In this document: positions 43,548 to 58,579 of the stretch, one piece after another
How positions within the stretch are numbered: position 1 is the first letter of the stretch
How the letters are laid out: each line of letters starts with the position of its first letter
NCBI RefSeq assembly: GCF_009914755.1
Contig: NC_060947.1
From: the human T2T-CHM13v2.0 reference genome, Homo sapiens
Length of the DNA stretch: 64,000 nt
Reading direction: 5' to 3' (one strand)
Made by a program: the position numbers and the translations under genes
The notes under the pieces: model-generated
Seen by the model: the letters and a program-made list of their open reading frames with translations, nothing else
Told to the model about the DNA's origin: nothing
Databases searched by the model: none

Positions 43548-45346
43548 AGAGGTATCAGCCAGGGTTTGGAGATGACGTATTCAGCACAAAAAAGATAAGG
43601 CAGTGTTTGGACAGGGTTACATGTAAGTTGTGATTCTCTTGAACAGACCCCTAGTGGTCACTGACATTTGAATAAACTGCTAGGGGTATTTCACTTTCAC
43701 CACCACTAATATTCTTTACTTTCCTCCTCCTTTCATTTTTCTTTCCGTCTTGCTCCTCCTTTTCATATTCCAATTTTCCCCCCATATTTTTCCTTTTTGT
43801 TTCAACTGCTCATGATACTGAGGTCTAAAGAATTTACTGAGTAATGAGCACAGATGTATGCTTTCTTTATGCATTTTTAATGGCTGATTTAAATATACTT
43901 GGAGGCTAAAAATGCAATAATTTGCTTTAAATGTGTAGGACTCTGGAAAGATGAGAAAGCACTGTAAGAGTTAAATAAATCAAGAAAGGATTTGGAATAG
44001 TGACTATGTAATTAAAAGAGCAGAAATAAAGGATGTGCCTTATCAAGATGTAATCACAAATATTGGAGGATAAAAAGACCTCTGTATTAAAACCTAAAGA
44101 TATCTGCATTACAAAAAATGTTCACTTTGTGGATGACTTGAAAAACTTTCGAAATGAGTACAATTATAAGCAGATCTGATGTTTTTGTCAGAAAGCAAAT
44201 CACGAGGTACTTCTTCCATCCACTCAACTCAAGGGTAACAATGGCTGTACTTTCTGCCCTTCATCATCACCAGGAGTTTCTGAGTAGCCTTTTAGAGCAA
44301 ATCAATTTCCTGGCAGGTGAGTAATTTCTACTGTATAGTCATCATTTTCCCGCATCATTTATCTAAGACCCATCTTCTCAACACTCAGGTGCAACATCAC
44401 ACCTTCCCAGGGGTGAGGTCATCAAGGGCATCTGGGTGTTAAATGTTTGATGTTAACAAGAGGGACACCCCCTCTTCTGGCTGGTGTCCACCGATTGTTC
44501 TAGACACCATGAACTTTTGTTTCATGCAGGTAGAAAACAGCCATCAAGAGCTAAAATTTGAGCCCTTACAAGAATCTTTTTACTACCCAGCACAATGTGG
44601 TAATAATATTCCCACTTCTCAGGCCCTTTTCCTTCAAGTGAATAAGATTTCCTCTCTATTCTAGAGGAGCCATGCTACTGCCTCTCTTCATTTGATTACT
44701 GTGGGAAATCCCCCAGCAGCTTATTCCAAGTTCACTGCGCAGCCCTCTGATTCCTGAAAGGCATAATTTGGCCTAACTTGATATATATACTATATATCAT
44801 CACTTACAGTAATGTTTGTCCCATAATAGTAATACTACTACTAATAATAATAATAATTGCTAACAGTGAGTGAGCACTCACCATGGGTACTATAAATTTA
44901 TATTAACTTAATTAACTCCAAGTTATTTGTTGTTACTTAAATTCTCTTATAATCTATTGATCAAACAATTGAGTTGCTTTGTTCCTAAAAGCTACAAAAA
45001 TATATAGTAATGTAGTATAAAATCTATTTTCATAAAGAAATCTGACACTACAGCTGAATTATGGTTAGCAAATTTAAAATTCATACCTTGTTTTCCTCTT
45101 GTGATTTTGTCTCCTTGAAATTTGAGCAGATGTTGTTATATCTTTCAGCAATCACATCCTCAACTATGAGCTTAATATAACGTACCCCTTTCATTACTTT
45201 TCCTTTCTTTTAGAATTCTTAGATAAATCTCTGATTTCCAAAGAACTATCTGTGCTTTGATATTGGCAACTATTATCTGCTGTAGGTCCTAGTACTTATT
45301 TAGGTAAAAGATCTTAATGAAGTTCCAACGAACTTCATTTGTCTCC

Positions 45347-45392
<46 letters not shown>
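45347..45392. repeat. (GT)12(GA)11 compound microsatellite
   Basis: Direct count. Confidence 0.97.
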
Positions 45393-45394
<2 letters not shown>

Positions 45395-46545
45395 AAGAAA
45401 TTCTTCTCTTTTTTCATTTCTGAATAAAGCTTTCTAGAAGAGCCATTCAGTGTAACTAATGACAAAAGATAAATATGTTTTGTAAACCACTTTGCTTTTA
45501 TCTTAAATGGGGAGTCTTCGGCAAAACATTTATCTTTACCATGACCGTAGAGTAATTTTAATATACATGATTAATGGTGCAAATGAAATTAAAATCCCCC
45601 TACTATTCAACATCTTAGTTAAGAACAAAATGCTCACTGTTTCCTAATTGCAAAGAGTAAAATGTCTGGATGTTGATGCTTTTTAATTAGAGGAGAATTT
45701 TCTTTTTAATTAAAAAAAGAGAGCTTTTTTATTTTTCAGTAAGTTAGAGAGTGTCCTCTAGTGGAGAGAGACTCTGATCTCATAGTTTTAGAAATGGCTA
45801 TATGATACCCAGTTAGAACTGTGCTCCACTTAGCTGATTGGAATCTACTGGTTGAAGGGAAAAAGTATTGTTTTTCCTCTAAGACCCCTCAAATCATGGC
45901 CTAGTTAAAAGGCTGCAGTGTGACAAGCATTGTTCTCATTTTAGATAGGAATGATTTTTTATGATCAATTTTAGCATGCTTCCTTCTGAACCTGTTGAGG
46001 TTGAGCTGACTGTGCACCTTTCTGCCAAAAAGGAGGCAGAAGCATTTAGTGCAATTTACTGTGGCTTTTACAGGTATCAACTGGAGGCAGCAAGAATACC
46101 ATTGTCTTCAGGACTGCAGACCTGGCTGACTGATATATTTGATGTGTGCAGATCCCTAGGCCATAGCTTAAATTTGTTTCTTTTATTATTTGAAGGAAAA
46201 CAAAGAAACAAAATTGAGAGACAAATTAAATAAAGGTCTCTCTTCTCCTTAACTTGTCGAATTCTAATGCTAATTTCCTGTATTTCTGGTTAAATGTGCT
46301 AAGCAGTCTTAGCTCTATCACTTGTGTATCAGAGATGAGAGGTGGAGGAGTTTTTTCGATATCTAAATGGAAGAGGGTACGGAAGAGCTGTGGTGGTTGG
46401 CTCTCTGAATCACATACTAGAATTGCCTTATCAGAAATTGCTTATTACAGCAAATTAGAGACTGAAAGAAAAGAACGATAGTTGCTCTTGATAACAAGCT
46501 AAATAGCTTGGACTTAAATAAAGATAAAAATTTTATTGCTGATTC

Positions 46546-47831
46546 TTTTTTTAATTTTAATTTTTTAAGTTCTGGGATACATGTGCAGAATGTGCAGGTT
46601 TGTTACATAGGTATACATGTGCCATGGTGGTTTGCTGCACCCATCAACCCGTCATCTAGGTTTTAAGCCCCGCATGCATTAGGTATTTATCCTAATGCTC
46701 TCCCTCCCTTTGCCCCCAACCCCGACAGGCCCCAGTGTGTGATGTTCCCCTCCCTATTCCATGTGTTCTCATTTTTCAGCTCACACTTATCAGTGAGAAC
46801 ATGCAGTGTTTGGTTTTCTGTTCCTGTGTTAGTTTGCTGAGGATGATGGCTTCCAGCTTCATCCATGTCCCTGCAAAGGACATGATCTCATTCCTTTTTT
46901 ATGGCTGCATAGTATTCCATGGTGTATCTGTGCCACATTTTCTTTTTCCAGTCTATCATTGATGGGCATTTGGGTTGCTTCCAAGTCTTTGCTATTGTAA
47001 ATAGTGCTGCAATACACATACGTGTGCATGCATCTTTATAGTAGAATGATTTATAATCCTTTGGGTGTATACCCAGTAATGGGATTGCTGGGTCAAGCGG
47101 TATTTCTGGTTCTAGATCCTTGAGGAATCGCCACACTGTCTTCCACAATGGTTGAACTAATTTACACTCCCACCAACAGAGTGAAAGCATTCCTATTTCT
47201 CCACAGCCTAGCCAGCATCTATTGTTTCCTGACTACTTAATAATCGCCATTCTGAATGGTGTGAGATGGTATCTCATTGTGGTTTTGATTTGCATTTCTC
47301 TAATGATCAGTGATAATGAGCTTTTTTCATATGTTTGTTGACTGCATAAATGTCTTCTTTTGAGAAGTGTCTGTTCATATCCTTTGCCCACTTTTTGATG
47401 GGGTTTTTTTTTTCTTGTAAATTTGTTTAAGTTCCTTGTAGATTCTGGATATTAGACCTTTGTCAGATGGGTAGATTGAACTTTCTCCCATTCTGTAGGT
47501 TGCCTGTTCACTCTAATACTAGTTTCTTTTGTTGTGCAGAAGCTCTTTAGTTTAATTAGATCCCATTTGTCAATTTTGGCTTTTTTTGCAATTGCTTTGG
47601 TGTTTTAGTCATGAAGTCTTTGCCCATGCCTATGTCCTGAATGGTATTGCCTAGGTTTTCTTTTAGGGTTTTTATGGTTTTAGGTCTAACATTTAAGTCT
47701 TTCTTTAATCCGTCTTGAGTTGATTTTTGTATAAAGGTGTAAGGAAGGGGTCCAGATTCAGTTTTCTGCATATGGCTAGCCAGTTTTCCTAGCACCATTT
47801 ATTGAACAGGGAATCCTTTCCCCATTGCTTG
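46546..47831 (-). mobile_element. L1PA8-like, 5'-truncated, ~1.29 kb
   Basis: 3' UTR plus ORF2 C-terminal remnants; perfect 12-bp TSD ttgctgattctt at 46536 and 47832. Confidence 0.96.
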
Positions 47832-48277
47832 TTGCTGATTCTTATATTTGAAAAAAAGGGGGATAAGGAGAGTGTTCATAAAATCCTTCAGTAATCCAAC
47901 AAATGTCAGAGCCATAATGAACAATAAGGCAAATATATTCCCTTTTATAGATAATTTTCAGAAACATGTATAGTCGTGACTCCCACACAGATGGAAGAAT
48001 GAATACATGTTAAAAAATTTTTTGCTGATGTGATATGAGGGGACCAAGCAGATGTTATGACCAGTTCAAAGGAAATATCAAAGCAGCAGATTTACACAGA
48101 TTAAAGAAATGTTGAGATGAATTGTAAATGGAGACAAAATTGTTTTTTTCCCCAGGTTATAGGGGGGATAGGAGAGGTGAGTCAATTAAATCACTATCAG
48201 ACAGGAGAGAATTTGTACCCCTATCAGTGTCCTACATTTTACAGAGTCAAAATATAGTTCAAAGACAGTAAAAAAGC

Positions 48278-48734
<457 letters not shown>

Positions 48735-48934
48735 TTATATCCTACTTTCTTGTCTACACCAGCTACTTCTCTACCTACAACTGCCATTATTGTGAACCCT
48801 CTTTCTCTTTCCTCTTCTCCAGCCTCCCTGTCCTTGCTTCCTGCTTACAGGACCTGCCCTAATATTTTTCAATTTTGTTGCTTTTCTGAGCCCCAGTTCC
48901 ACTTTAAACAAATTCCAAGGTAAAAACAAATTGT

Positions 48935-49090
48935 TCTGGACAGTTAACTGTAATCACTTGCATGAAAAAATCACCTGAGGGTGCTTGTTAAAAATTCAAA
49001 TCCCTGGAACTCTCCAGACTTGACTTGCTGAATCTAAATCTGGTGGGGGGTGGAGGTAAATTTTTTGACAATAAATTTGGAACTCACTGA
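48935..49090. mobile_element. MER5-type MITE remnant
   Basis: aatcacctgagggtgcttgttaaaaattcaaatccctgg...ctgaatc. Confidence 0.6.
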
Positions 49091-50451
49091 CTTAAGTAAA
49101 ATAAGAAAAAAATGTAACATCTAAGCCATATGACTCTAAGCTAAATGACATTGTAGAATATATGGGAGTATAAAATAAAAACTGATATGAAAGTTAGTGG
49201 AAATATGCAAGAAAAAGCAAAGTTAATGGTAGCATTAGTAATTGCTAGTAATAACTTTCCCTAAAGTTCCTATCACAATCTATCTAGCACTAATTATTTT
49301 CAAGTTGAATATCTGGAATGTCAATCTATTAATTTTTTAATGTCCATTCTAGATGCTATGCTAAGTGAGTTTTAAAATTATTTTTCCTTTTTAATTGAAA
49401 GCATACCCAGACACACATTAAATAAACACAAAAAATAAAAATTCATAATCATTCTGTTTTTTCTTTGTATCACTTTCCATTCTACTGAATTTTACTAATT
49501 ATAAATTTAAATCTTTTAATCTTGCACTTTTTTGTTATTTCTAGACTTCAATTTTAAGAAATTATTTTTCCTCCACATATTTATAAAATATATACTTTCT
49601 CCTATATAGTATATTTATTTCATAGTAATATTTAACTCTAATAAATCCCACATTTATTTTTCTATATTATATGAAACTAATTTTTGTTTTTAGAAAATAA
49701 TGCAATTCTGATAACTCATTGCCTGGAGTTAAATCTGGTACCATATCTGAGCACTACAATTGATTTCAAAGAGTTGTACCACTGCCTGCGGGATAAACAT
49801 GATGTTGTTTTTTTATAATTGTTTTAAAATACATTTTGCTCTTTGTTTAGACCAACAACGTAATGTCCAGATCTATCATCATTACACTTCTTTAGGATAG
49901 TTGTTGACAATATCTACCTACTTAAATTTCTAAATAAATATAGATTTTGTTGAGTTCTACATCTTATTGGACTTTTATTAGCATTAGCATTACATCTAAA
50001 ATGTAACTTGGGAATGGATTTGTTTAATTGTTTATTGCTAGTATAAATAGGATCTCTTCTATTTTCTAATTAGTAACTGTAGAAATCATGGATGATAATG
50101 ATTTCTAAATATCATAGACCATAACTAACTACAGAGTTTCTTCTTAAGGCTGGCAAAACTATGATAAAAATCAGTGTCTCTTAGAGAATAAGATTAAAAA
50201 AATTTAAATCACATTAACTATAGCTAAACTGTAAGTACATTAAATTTATTGCTACAAATCATGTAGTTTAAAAAAAACCCCTCAAATTTGCCAGATTTAC
50301 AAACTTACCCCACTATGGAAAACTGGCTTTCTTCTGAATTGCCTTCATCAATTATTTATTGCTGCAGGGTTGCAATAGGCTGAGGTAGATGCTCTTATGG
50401 AGTATCTAATATTTCATATTAGGCAGATAGTGTTTCATTTTTAAATTTCAA

Positions 50452-50573
50452 GCCTTGTGCCTGTAATCACAGCTACTCAGGAGAGGGGAAGACCGCTTGA
50501 GCCCAGGAGTTCAAGACCAGGCTGGGTAACATAGCAAGACCCCATTTCAAAAATATATATATATATATATATA
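50452..50573 (+). mobile_element. FLAM-like Alu monomer with (TA)n tail
   Basis: Single arm cctgtaatcacagctactcagg...cttgagcccaggagttcaagacc...aacatagcaagacccc. Confidence 0.8.
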
Positions 50574-51259
50574 AGCAAACTTTTTTAATAATTTTAGAAT
50601 CTATGCTCTTAAGACCCACATTCTCTCTTGGTTTTATTTTGCATATTCTCTTTTGAGTTTCTTAAGGGTATTTTTGTCTGGACCTAAAGTTCTATCCAAA
50701 TATATTGAAAAAAATGGGTAGCCCCTCCTTTGAGAATTACCACATAGACTCCATTTGATCTATAGGATAGTGAGTCTTATTTTTACGTGATTATATTTTG
50801 TTTAAAATAACTCAAACTATAGAGAATTTTATATTTTGGAATACCAATACAAAAGAATGTTATATCAAAAGGACAAATTTTTAAATTTTGCTAGTAAGTG
50901 ATTACAATATATGTCTTAGATTTGAATATTTAAAATAACTTTTTAAAAAGTCAAAATATAGGGCTTTTTAATTGGTTAAGTATGCAATCAGGTTATCTTC
51001 AAACAATGTTTTTATTGAAATTGGTTCAATATATGAAGCCTTTATTTGGCAATTTTCATCTTTATGCACTTTCCAAATGTTAGCTAGTTAATCTGCTTAA
51101 CAATATTCCATTAAACAGTTGTACACATTTTATGTTCATACACTCCTATAAACTTTAACAATAATAATAATAATGATGCTTTTATCAGCTTTTTAAAACA
51201 TCTCATTGCTTTGTTATATCCTATTGTATTAGTAAAACTTCTAAAACATTATCATATTA

Positions 51260-51633
<374 letters not shown>

Positions 51634-51649
51634 AAAAGAATGCTAGTAG

Positions 51650-52573
51650 GCACATTTCTATATACCAACAACATCCAAGCTGAGTGCCAAATCAAGAATG
51701 CAATCCCATTCACAATAGCCACAAAAAATAAAATAAAATGCCTAGAAATACAGCTAGCCAGGAGGGTGAAATATCTCTACAATAAAAATTACAAAACACT
51801 GCTGAAAGAAATCAGTGATGACACAAACAAATGGAAAAACATTCCACACTCATAGATAAAAATAATCAATATTGTTAAAATGGCCATACTGCCCAAAACA
51901 GTTTAAAGTTTCAGTGCTATGATTAAAAAGTCAAAACATAACAGATGCTGGCAAGGTTGTGAAGAAAAGGGAACGCTTATATACTGCTGGTGGGAATGTA
52001 AATTAGTTCAGCCACTGTGGAAAGCAGTTTGATTTCTCAAAGAACTTAGAGCTACCATTGGACCCAGCATCCCATTTTTGGGTATATACCCAAAGGAATA
52101 TAAATTTGTTTTTACCATAAAGACACATGCATGCGTACGTTCATTGCAGCACTATTCACAATAGCAGACATGGAATCAACCTAGATGCACATCAATGGTA
52201 GACTAGATAAAGAAAACATGGTTTATATACACCATGGAATACTATGCAGCCATCAAAAAGAATGATATCATGTCCTTTGCAGCAACATGGATGGAGCGAG
52301 AGACCATTATTGTAAATGAAGGGAAAGAAAACCAAATACCACATGTTCTCACTTATAAGTGGAAGCTAAACATTGAGTACACAATACAGGTATACTTGAG
52401 GGTGGAGGGTAGAGGGTGAGAGGAGGCTGAGAACGGAAAAACTACCTACCAGATACCATGCTTATAACCTGGGTGATGAAATAATCTGTACACCAAACCC
52501 CTGTGACATATAATTTACCTATATAACAAACCTGCACATGTACCCCTGAAAGTAAAAATTTAAAAAAAAAAAT
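51650..52573 (+). mobile_element. L1PA15/16-like, 5'-truncated with internal ORF2 deletion
   Basis: ORF2 remnant [11 protein letters not shown]...NKWKNIPHS, a jump at ~51920, then the 3' UTR and poly-A. Confidence 0.9.
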
Positions 52574-52989
52574 AATGCTTGTAGGCATATTTCTATTGAA
52601 TTTAAAGGAGATGATACTGTGAGTCCCATTGTATATTCTTGTTTAACATATGTTTACTTTTAAATATTTGGAATGGAATATTTTCAGTATTTCTTAATAA
52701 AGCAAGCCTACAATAATTTATTTAGTTCCTAAAACTTGCCAAGTAAAAATATAGTCTGATTTTATAATCATACATTTTATAAATCATTTTATAAATTCAT
52801 TATAGTGTTTATAACACAAAAGTAGGTAAATAAAAAGCATTTTAGATATGATGTTGACAATTGCATGCTACGATCCAATGAGAAGCCTTTTTATCTTGAT
52901 GTTTTCATAATTTTGAACAGTACTGGTGATTAGCAAAATAGCTATATTTAATAATAAAATTTTGGTTTAATATGAATGTTAGGGACCAC

Positions 52990-53668
52990 AAAGAGATCCT
53001 ACTTCACTCTCACTAGGATGGCTATAATCAAAGCGACAGATGCTAAGAAGTGTTGACAAGCCTGTGGAGAAACTGGAACCCTCATACATTGCTGGCAGGA
53101 ATGTAAAATGGCACAGCCACTTTGAAAACCAATTTGTTATTTCTTCAAATATTTAAACATAAGATTCTCTTATGGCCTAGCAACATCACTCCTAGGTATG
53201 TACCCAAGAAAAATGAAAACATAATGTCCACACAAAAACTTAGCAGCAGTATTCACAATAGCCAAAAAGTGGAAACAACCCAAATGTTCATCAGCTGATG
53301 AATGGATAAACAAAATCAACATATGGGATATATTCACACAATGGGATATTACTGATACATGCTATATAACATGAATAAACCTTGAAAACATTAAACTAAG
53401 CAAAAGAAACCAGACATAAAAGGCAATAATATTGTATGACTACATTTATACCAGATGTCCATAGAGACAGAAAGTAGAAGTAGATTCGTAGTTGCTAGGG
53501 GCTAAAATGGGGAGTGGCTGCCACTTGGTACAGGGTTCCTTTTTGGGGTGATAAAAGTGTCCTAAAATTGATTGTGGTTCTGATTGTACAATTCTGTGCA
53601 TATACAGAAAACCATGGAATTGTACAAATTCATGCTATGTGAATTGTATCTCAGTAAAGCTATTAAAA
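52990..53668 (+). mobile_element. L1MB-like 3' end
   Basis: ggatggctataatcaaa...ggagaaactggaaccctcatacattgc...gaattgtatctcagtaaagct. Confidence 0.88.
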
Positions 53669-53959
53669 TATGCATACTATGTATGTAAAAAATAATTTTA
53701 TAGACAGTAGCATCTGGTAAATGTTTAACACTTGGCTCTAAATGTAGTTCTGCCAAGAATACAGTTCATATTTTTGTTTACATTAGCTAATAAAACAATG
53801 GAGGTGCATATCAGAACTTTACTCACTCATCAGTGATGTAAATGAGTTCTTTGCGGAATCATATTTTAGTAGGAGAATATTTTCTTGATGTTTGTGCTAT
53901 TCCCAATATGGCAGCTATAGACACGACATACTTTTAATTTAACCTGCATTATTAACATT

Positions 53960-54364
53960 TTCCCTGTCACATTTTAAGTACAGTCAGTCAACAAAACAAT
54001 AAATCATAGCCTGATTTGTAGCATTTGCCAATGTATGGAGTAAATACTCCCCCTATCGTCTTTTTCAAGCTACCAACATAATGTCATTAAACATATAGTT
54101 GAGAAGAGATGTGCAGTAGTACACTATTGTATAGTATTTCCACCATACGGATACTATAGCTGTAAACAATCTCAAAAGATGAGTGAATGAATGGTAAAAT
54201 GTAGCAAAATAATTTGGAAGTTTTGAGTATCTATTATTTTTGTTTTTAATTTTTTTTGTATTTCTATAATTTAATTTTCAATGACTGTGCTTAACAGCCT
54301 GCTCACAGAATTTCTGAAAATGTGGTAACTGACTTTTGCAAGCTGGTGTGGAATAATACCACTG
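53960..54364. mobile_element. MER63-like hAT-Blackjack element
   Basis: gcctgatttgtagcatttgccaat...gtaaatactccc...ttcaagctacca...ctgaaaat...accactg. Confidence 0.75.
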
Positions 54365-54529
54365 AAATAATACCTGAATGAGGAGGCTCTGTACTTACTT
54401 ACAATGTGAAGCCTAGTTTACACGATAAATTTGGGCTGTGGAGACATGTAGACATGTAGCCTTTAATTAATGAAGCTTTAAAAAAAGGGAAACAAGGTAA
54501 AATGAAAGTTCAAAGGATATTAAGCAGGT

Positions 54530-54900
54530 TATTCATTAATTTGAGATTATGTATTGAGTTCTTAATATATTCAAGATGCTGTAATGGGTCCTGGTAATAC
54601 GAAGGTAAATAAAGATATAATTTCTGCCTTTGGGGAATGCATAGTCAAGTTGCTGGGCTAGATATGTGAGCAAAGCAGATACTGAAAGGACTATATTATG
54701 ATAAAACAGAAATATGTTCCAAAGTCTATGGAGAAAGGAGAAGAGAAGGAGGAAGAAAAATTAAATGAGTATTTTTTGAAAGCGCAGGCCTGCATTTTGG
54801 AAGAAGTTTCATTTGAATTGGATTTAATGGATGAAGCGTGTATTAGGTGAAAATGAGAATTTAAAGCAAAGAATATAGGCTTAAATAAAATCAAGAGACT
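54530..54900 (-). mobile_element. L2 remnant
   Basis: tattgagttctt...aaataaagat...tctgcctttggggaatgcatagtc. Confidence 0.55.
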
Positions 54901-55569
54901 ATAAAATGGAATATGAATGGGTGACTCCCAAAATTCAGATGCTAAAAACCTGTTGTGTAATTGGCATATCCTAGTTCATTGGCCAAAGGTACAAACACAG
55001 TCCCATCATTTATTACTTTCATAACTACTATTTATCCTTTTTAATCCTTATTTGCCCTTATTTGGTGGACATACATCACTTATTCCTAAGCTCCACCCTG
55101 CTCCATGAATTTCTATCAAGTCCTGGTTCTTATTGAGATTCAGAGGAAAGGATAATAGTCCTTCATTCCCACTTTCAAACACAAGGTAATACAGTTGGGT
55201 TCCAACGTCACAGCTCTCTGACACAGGTGTGATTAATTACTTTTTCCCAATAAATAGTACCTGGTGAATCCAGCTTTTCTCCACAACACTAAGGCCCCTG
55301 GTTAGAGACTCAGGTGTGAGCTTGACCTCACCTGGCCTGCTCTCAGAATTGACTCCATTGGACTCCTAGTGTCTAGGCTGTGAGCAGAGCAATGCATAAG
55401 AAGTGAAGTGGTAACTTTGCTTAGCCGCACAAATTTGTACAATTAAGAGAAACCACTGAAAAGCCTCTTCACAGAACAAAGCACTGCTCAAATTGACTTT
55501 CTGTTCTGCCTATATTGAGAAGCAACTGGCAGTTCCCAGATCTCTTTCTCTGTGTGGGTGACACAGTGA

Positions 55570-55642
55570 TACACACACACACATATATACACATATATGT
55601 ATACATATATAAACACACATATATATACATATATATAGAGAG
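55570..55642. repeat. Mixed (CA)/(TA)/(GA) microsatellite
   Basis: Direct reading. Confidence 0.9.
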
Positions 55643-57189
55643 AAAAATATATATATTTTCTGCCTTAACAGGATTCCTACTTAATGTCTGGTTTAAGAGG
55701 TTCCCTATTATCACATTGATAAAAAGCAGAGTGTTCTGTAATTACTGCTACCACCTATGCTTTATCACTTTAAGAAATTATGTGGAAATAATCTGATCTT
55801 TGCAGTGCTTATTCCTTATGTGATCCCAGAGTATTGTAACATTCTCAATCCTTGATTCTGTCTGATCCAATCTCAGGTTTGAAAATACAGTAAGATTGTT
55901 CTCTTTAGAATAGAGATGTGATTGCGTCAGTCTCCTATTTGAAATCTTCCCTCAACTTCCCATTGCCCTGAAATGGAAGTCTCACATTTTCCACATGCCA
56001 TACATAGAACAGCGCTGCTCCTGCTCTTGCGTCATCAGGGTCCATTCGTCTCCTAATCTTCCCTCTACTTGCCCCTCGTCTACACTTTAGCTTCAGCCCC
56101 TTCAAAACTATTTTATTTTCCCCAAAGCTCCCAGGCTTTTTCTCACTCATGCTCTTTCCTCTCTGTCCAGAGTGTTTTTCTATTCTTCTCTCCACCGTCT
56201 TCTATTCCTTCCTTGAATTTCACTGTCTTACCCACAGCAAGCCCATCTCAAGACTGGTTAGAGTTCTCCTAGGTGTCCCCATAGCACTGTAGATACACTC
56301 AGTACTGGAGCCCCAGGCAGGGTGGGGTAGTCAAAGAACAGGTGAGCCAAGATGGCTGAGAAAGCAGATTGCTTCTTACATGGGTGCAGGAGCCATTTTT
56401 TAGGTGTGGCAGCACAAGGCCTGCAGGTAAAAGAAAAGAAATGAATTATAAAATTATGAAAAATAAAAGTGAATAAAAATGAATTTCACAGTTGATGTCG
56501 GAAAGAAAGGAGGGTGATGTGAGACAGTAATTCAGGTTCCAATGAGGAGGTCAATCGGCCTCTCTGCTAAGGAATGTCAGATTCCTTATTTATGATTTTT
56601 AAGGTCCCATATTTACTAAAATTGTAATGGAAAATTAGGCAACACCTGGAGATTTCTATTTATGAGTTCCAGGCATTAAGTCCCACCTAAAAACTTAAAC
56701 TTGGTCTTATAAAAGACAGTATAAATTATTAATATATACATTTTTAAAACTGTAATACATCTTGATTCCATTGGCATATAATGTTAATCATCATACTAGG
56801 TAGTATTTTGAGACTTATTATTGAATTCGTGACTACCTTGGCACTATAACAGATAGTCCTGGTACAAAAAAAACAAAAACAAAAACAAAAACAGTGCTCT
56901 TATAAAAATGTAAACACAAAGAATATTTGATTTGAAACTGTTTTGTAATGTTGGTTGACACTTGCCGTAGAAATCTGCAATTGATTTCCAATCAATGGAA
57001 TTGACATTTATTCATTTTGTAATGTAAATATTCTCTAAAGGAGAGGGAATTTTATACTAAAATATTTCTGTACAAAGATTAATAATAAAGAAACCTCCTT
57101 GGAGCCTCAGTTTGCCTCTTAAAAGTTTGTAGATATTTTCTGGACTTGCCTTATCTGGTCATCAGTGATGACTATCACATAAAAAATCC

Positions 57190-57472
57190 GGCTGGACGTG
57201 GTGGCTCATGCCTGTAATCCTAGCACTTTGGGAGGCCAAGGCGGGCAGATCACGAGGTCAGTAGTTCAAGACCGGCCTGGCCAACATGGTGAAACCCCGT
57301 CTCTACTAAAAACACAAAAATAAATTAGTCGGGCGTGGTGGCACGTGCCTGTAATCCCAGCTACTCCAGAGGCTGAGCAGGAGAATTGCTTAAACCCGGG
57401 AGGCAGAGGCTGCAGTGAGCCAAGATCGCATCCCTGCATCTTAGCCTGGGCGACAGAGGAAGACTCTGTCTC
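57190..57472 (+). mobile_element. AluS (Sg-like) lacking a poly-A tail
   Basis: Full dimer ending gactctgtctc, followed by a G-rich tract. Confidence 0.93.
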
Positions 57473-57890
57473 TGGGTTTAGGGGCGGGGGAGGAATCCAA
57501 GTCTGTGAGGAATCTCTTGGAGAACATGCAGACATAAGCTAAAATAGAGAAGGCTATATCATGCCATATTAGAAATATTAGAAGAGCAATAATTTTCATG
57601 AATTATTCTTAAACAACGAACATAAGAGAATACGATTTTATCCTATAAAAATGTTGTCATTGTGGAACTTGTAGAATTAAGTTACAGATACTCATGCCCT
57701 AGTTTAGAAAGATTACATGTAAGTGCATTCTGCTTTTCTCTGTGTTTATGCTGTAGAATCTCTCATAAGCAAAATTTCAAGAAATACGTACTATCAACTC
57801 ATAGCTTAGCCCTGAGGCTTCCAGTACTTAAGAAACCTCCTTCCTTGCTCCTTAGGATCGCAGAGTTCTCAGGGCCCTCTGGTAATATTC

Positions 57891-58579
57891 TTTTTTTTTT
57901 TTTTTTTTGCATTTAATTTTTATTTTTATTATTTTTATTATACTTTAAGTTTTAGGGTACATGTGCACATTGTGCAGGTTAGTTACATATGTATACATGT
58001 GCCATGCTGGTGCGCTGCACCCACTAACTCGTCATCTAGCATTAGGTATATCTCCCAATGCTATCCCTCCCCCCTCCCCCCACCCCACCACAGTCCCCAG
58101 AGTGTGATATTCCCCTTCCTGTGTCCATGTGATCTCATTGTTCAATTCCCACGTATGAGTGAGAATATGTGGTGTTTGGTTTTTTGTTCTTGCGATAGTT
58201 TACTGAGAATGATGGTTTCCAGTTTCATCCATGTCCCTACAAAGGACATGAACTCATCATTTTTTATGGCTGCATAGTATTCCATGGTGTATATGTGCCA
58301 CATTTTCTTAATCCAGTCTATCATTGTTGGACATTTGGGTTGGTTCCAAGTCTTTGCTATTGTGAATAATGCCGCAATAAACATACGTGTGCATGTGTCT
58401 TTATAGCAGCATGATTTATAGTCATTTGGGTATATACCCAGTAATGGGATAGCTGGGTCAAATGGTATTTCTAGTTCTAGATCCCTGAGGAATCGCCACA
58501 CTGACTTCCACAAAGGAAACAACAGGTGCTGGAGAGGATGTGGAGAAATAGGAACACTTTTACACTGTTGGTGGGACTG
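57891..58579 (-). mobile_element. L1PA2/3-like, 5'-truncated and 5'-inverted
   Basis: Young 3' UTR (GAG, not the Ta-type ACA, at the diagnostic site); inverted piece 58514-58579; TSD ctggtaatattctt. Confidence 0.95.

Noticed and set aside
46888-47798. ORFs resembling L1 ORF2 (also at 2764, 51550, 52234 and 58142)
   Set aside because: Fragments of truncated, disabled L1 copies
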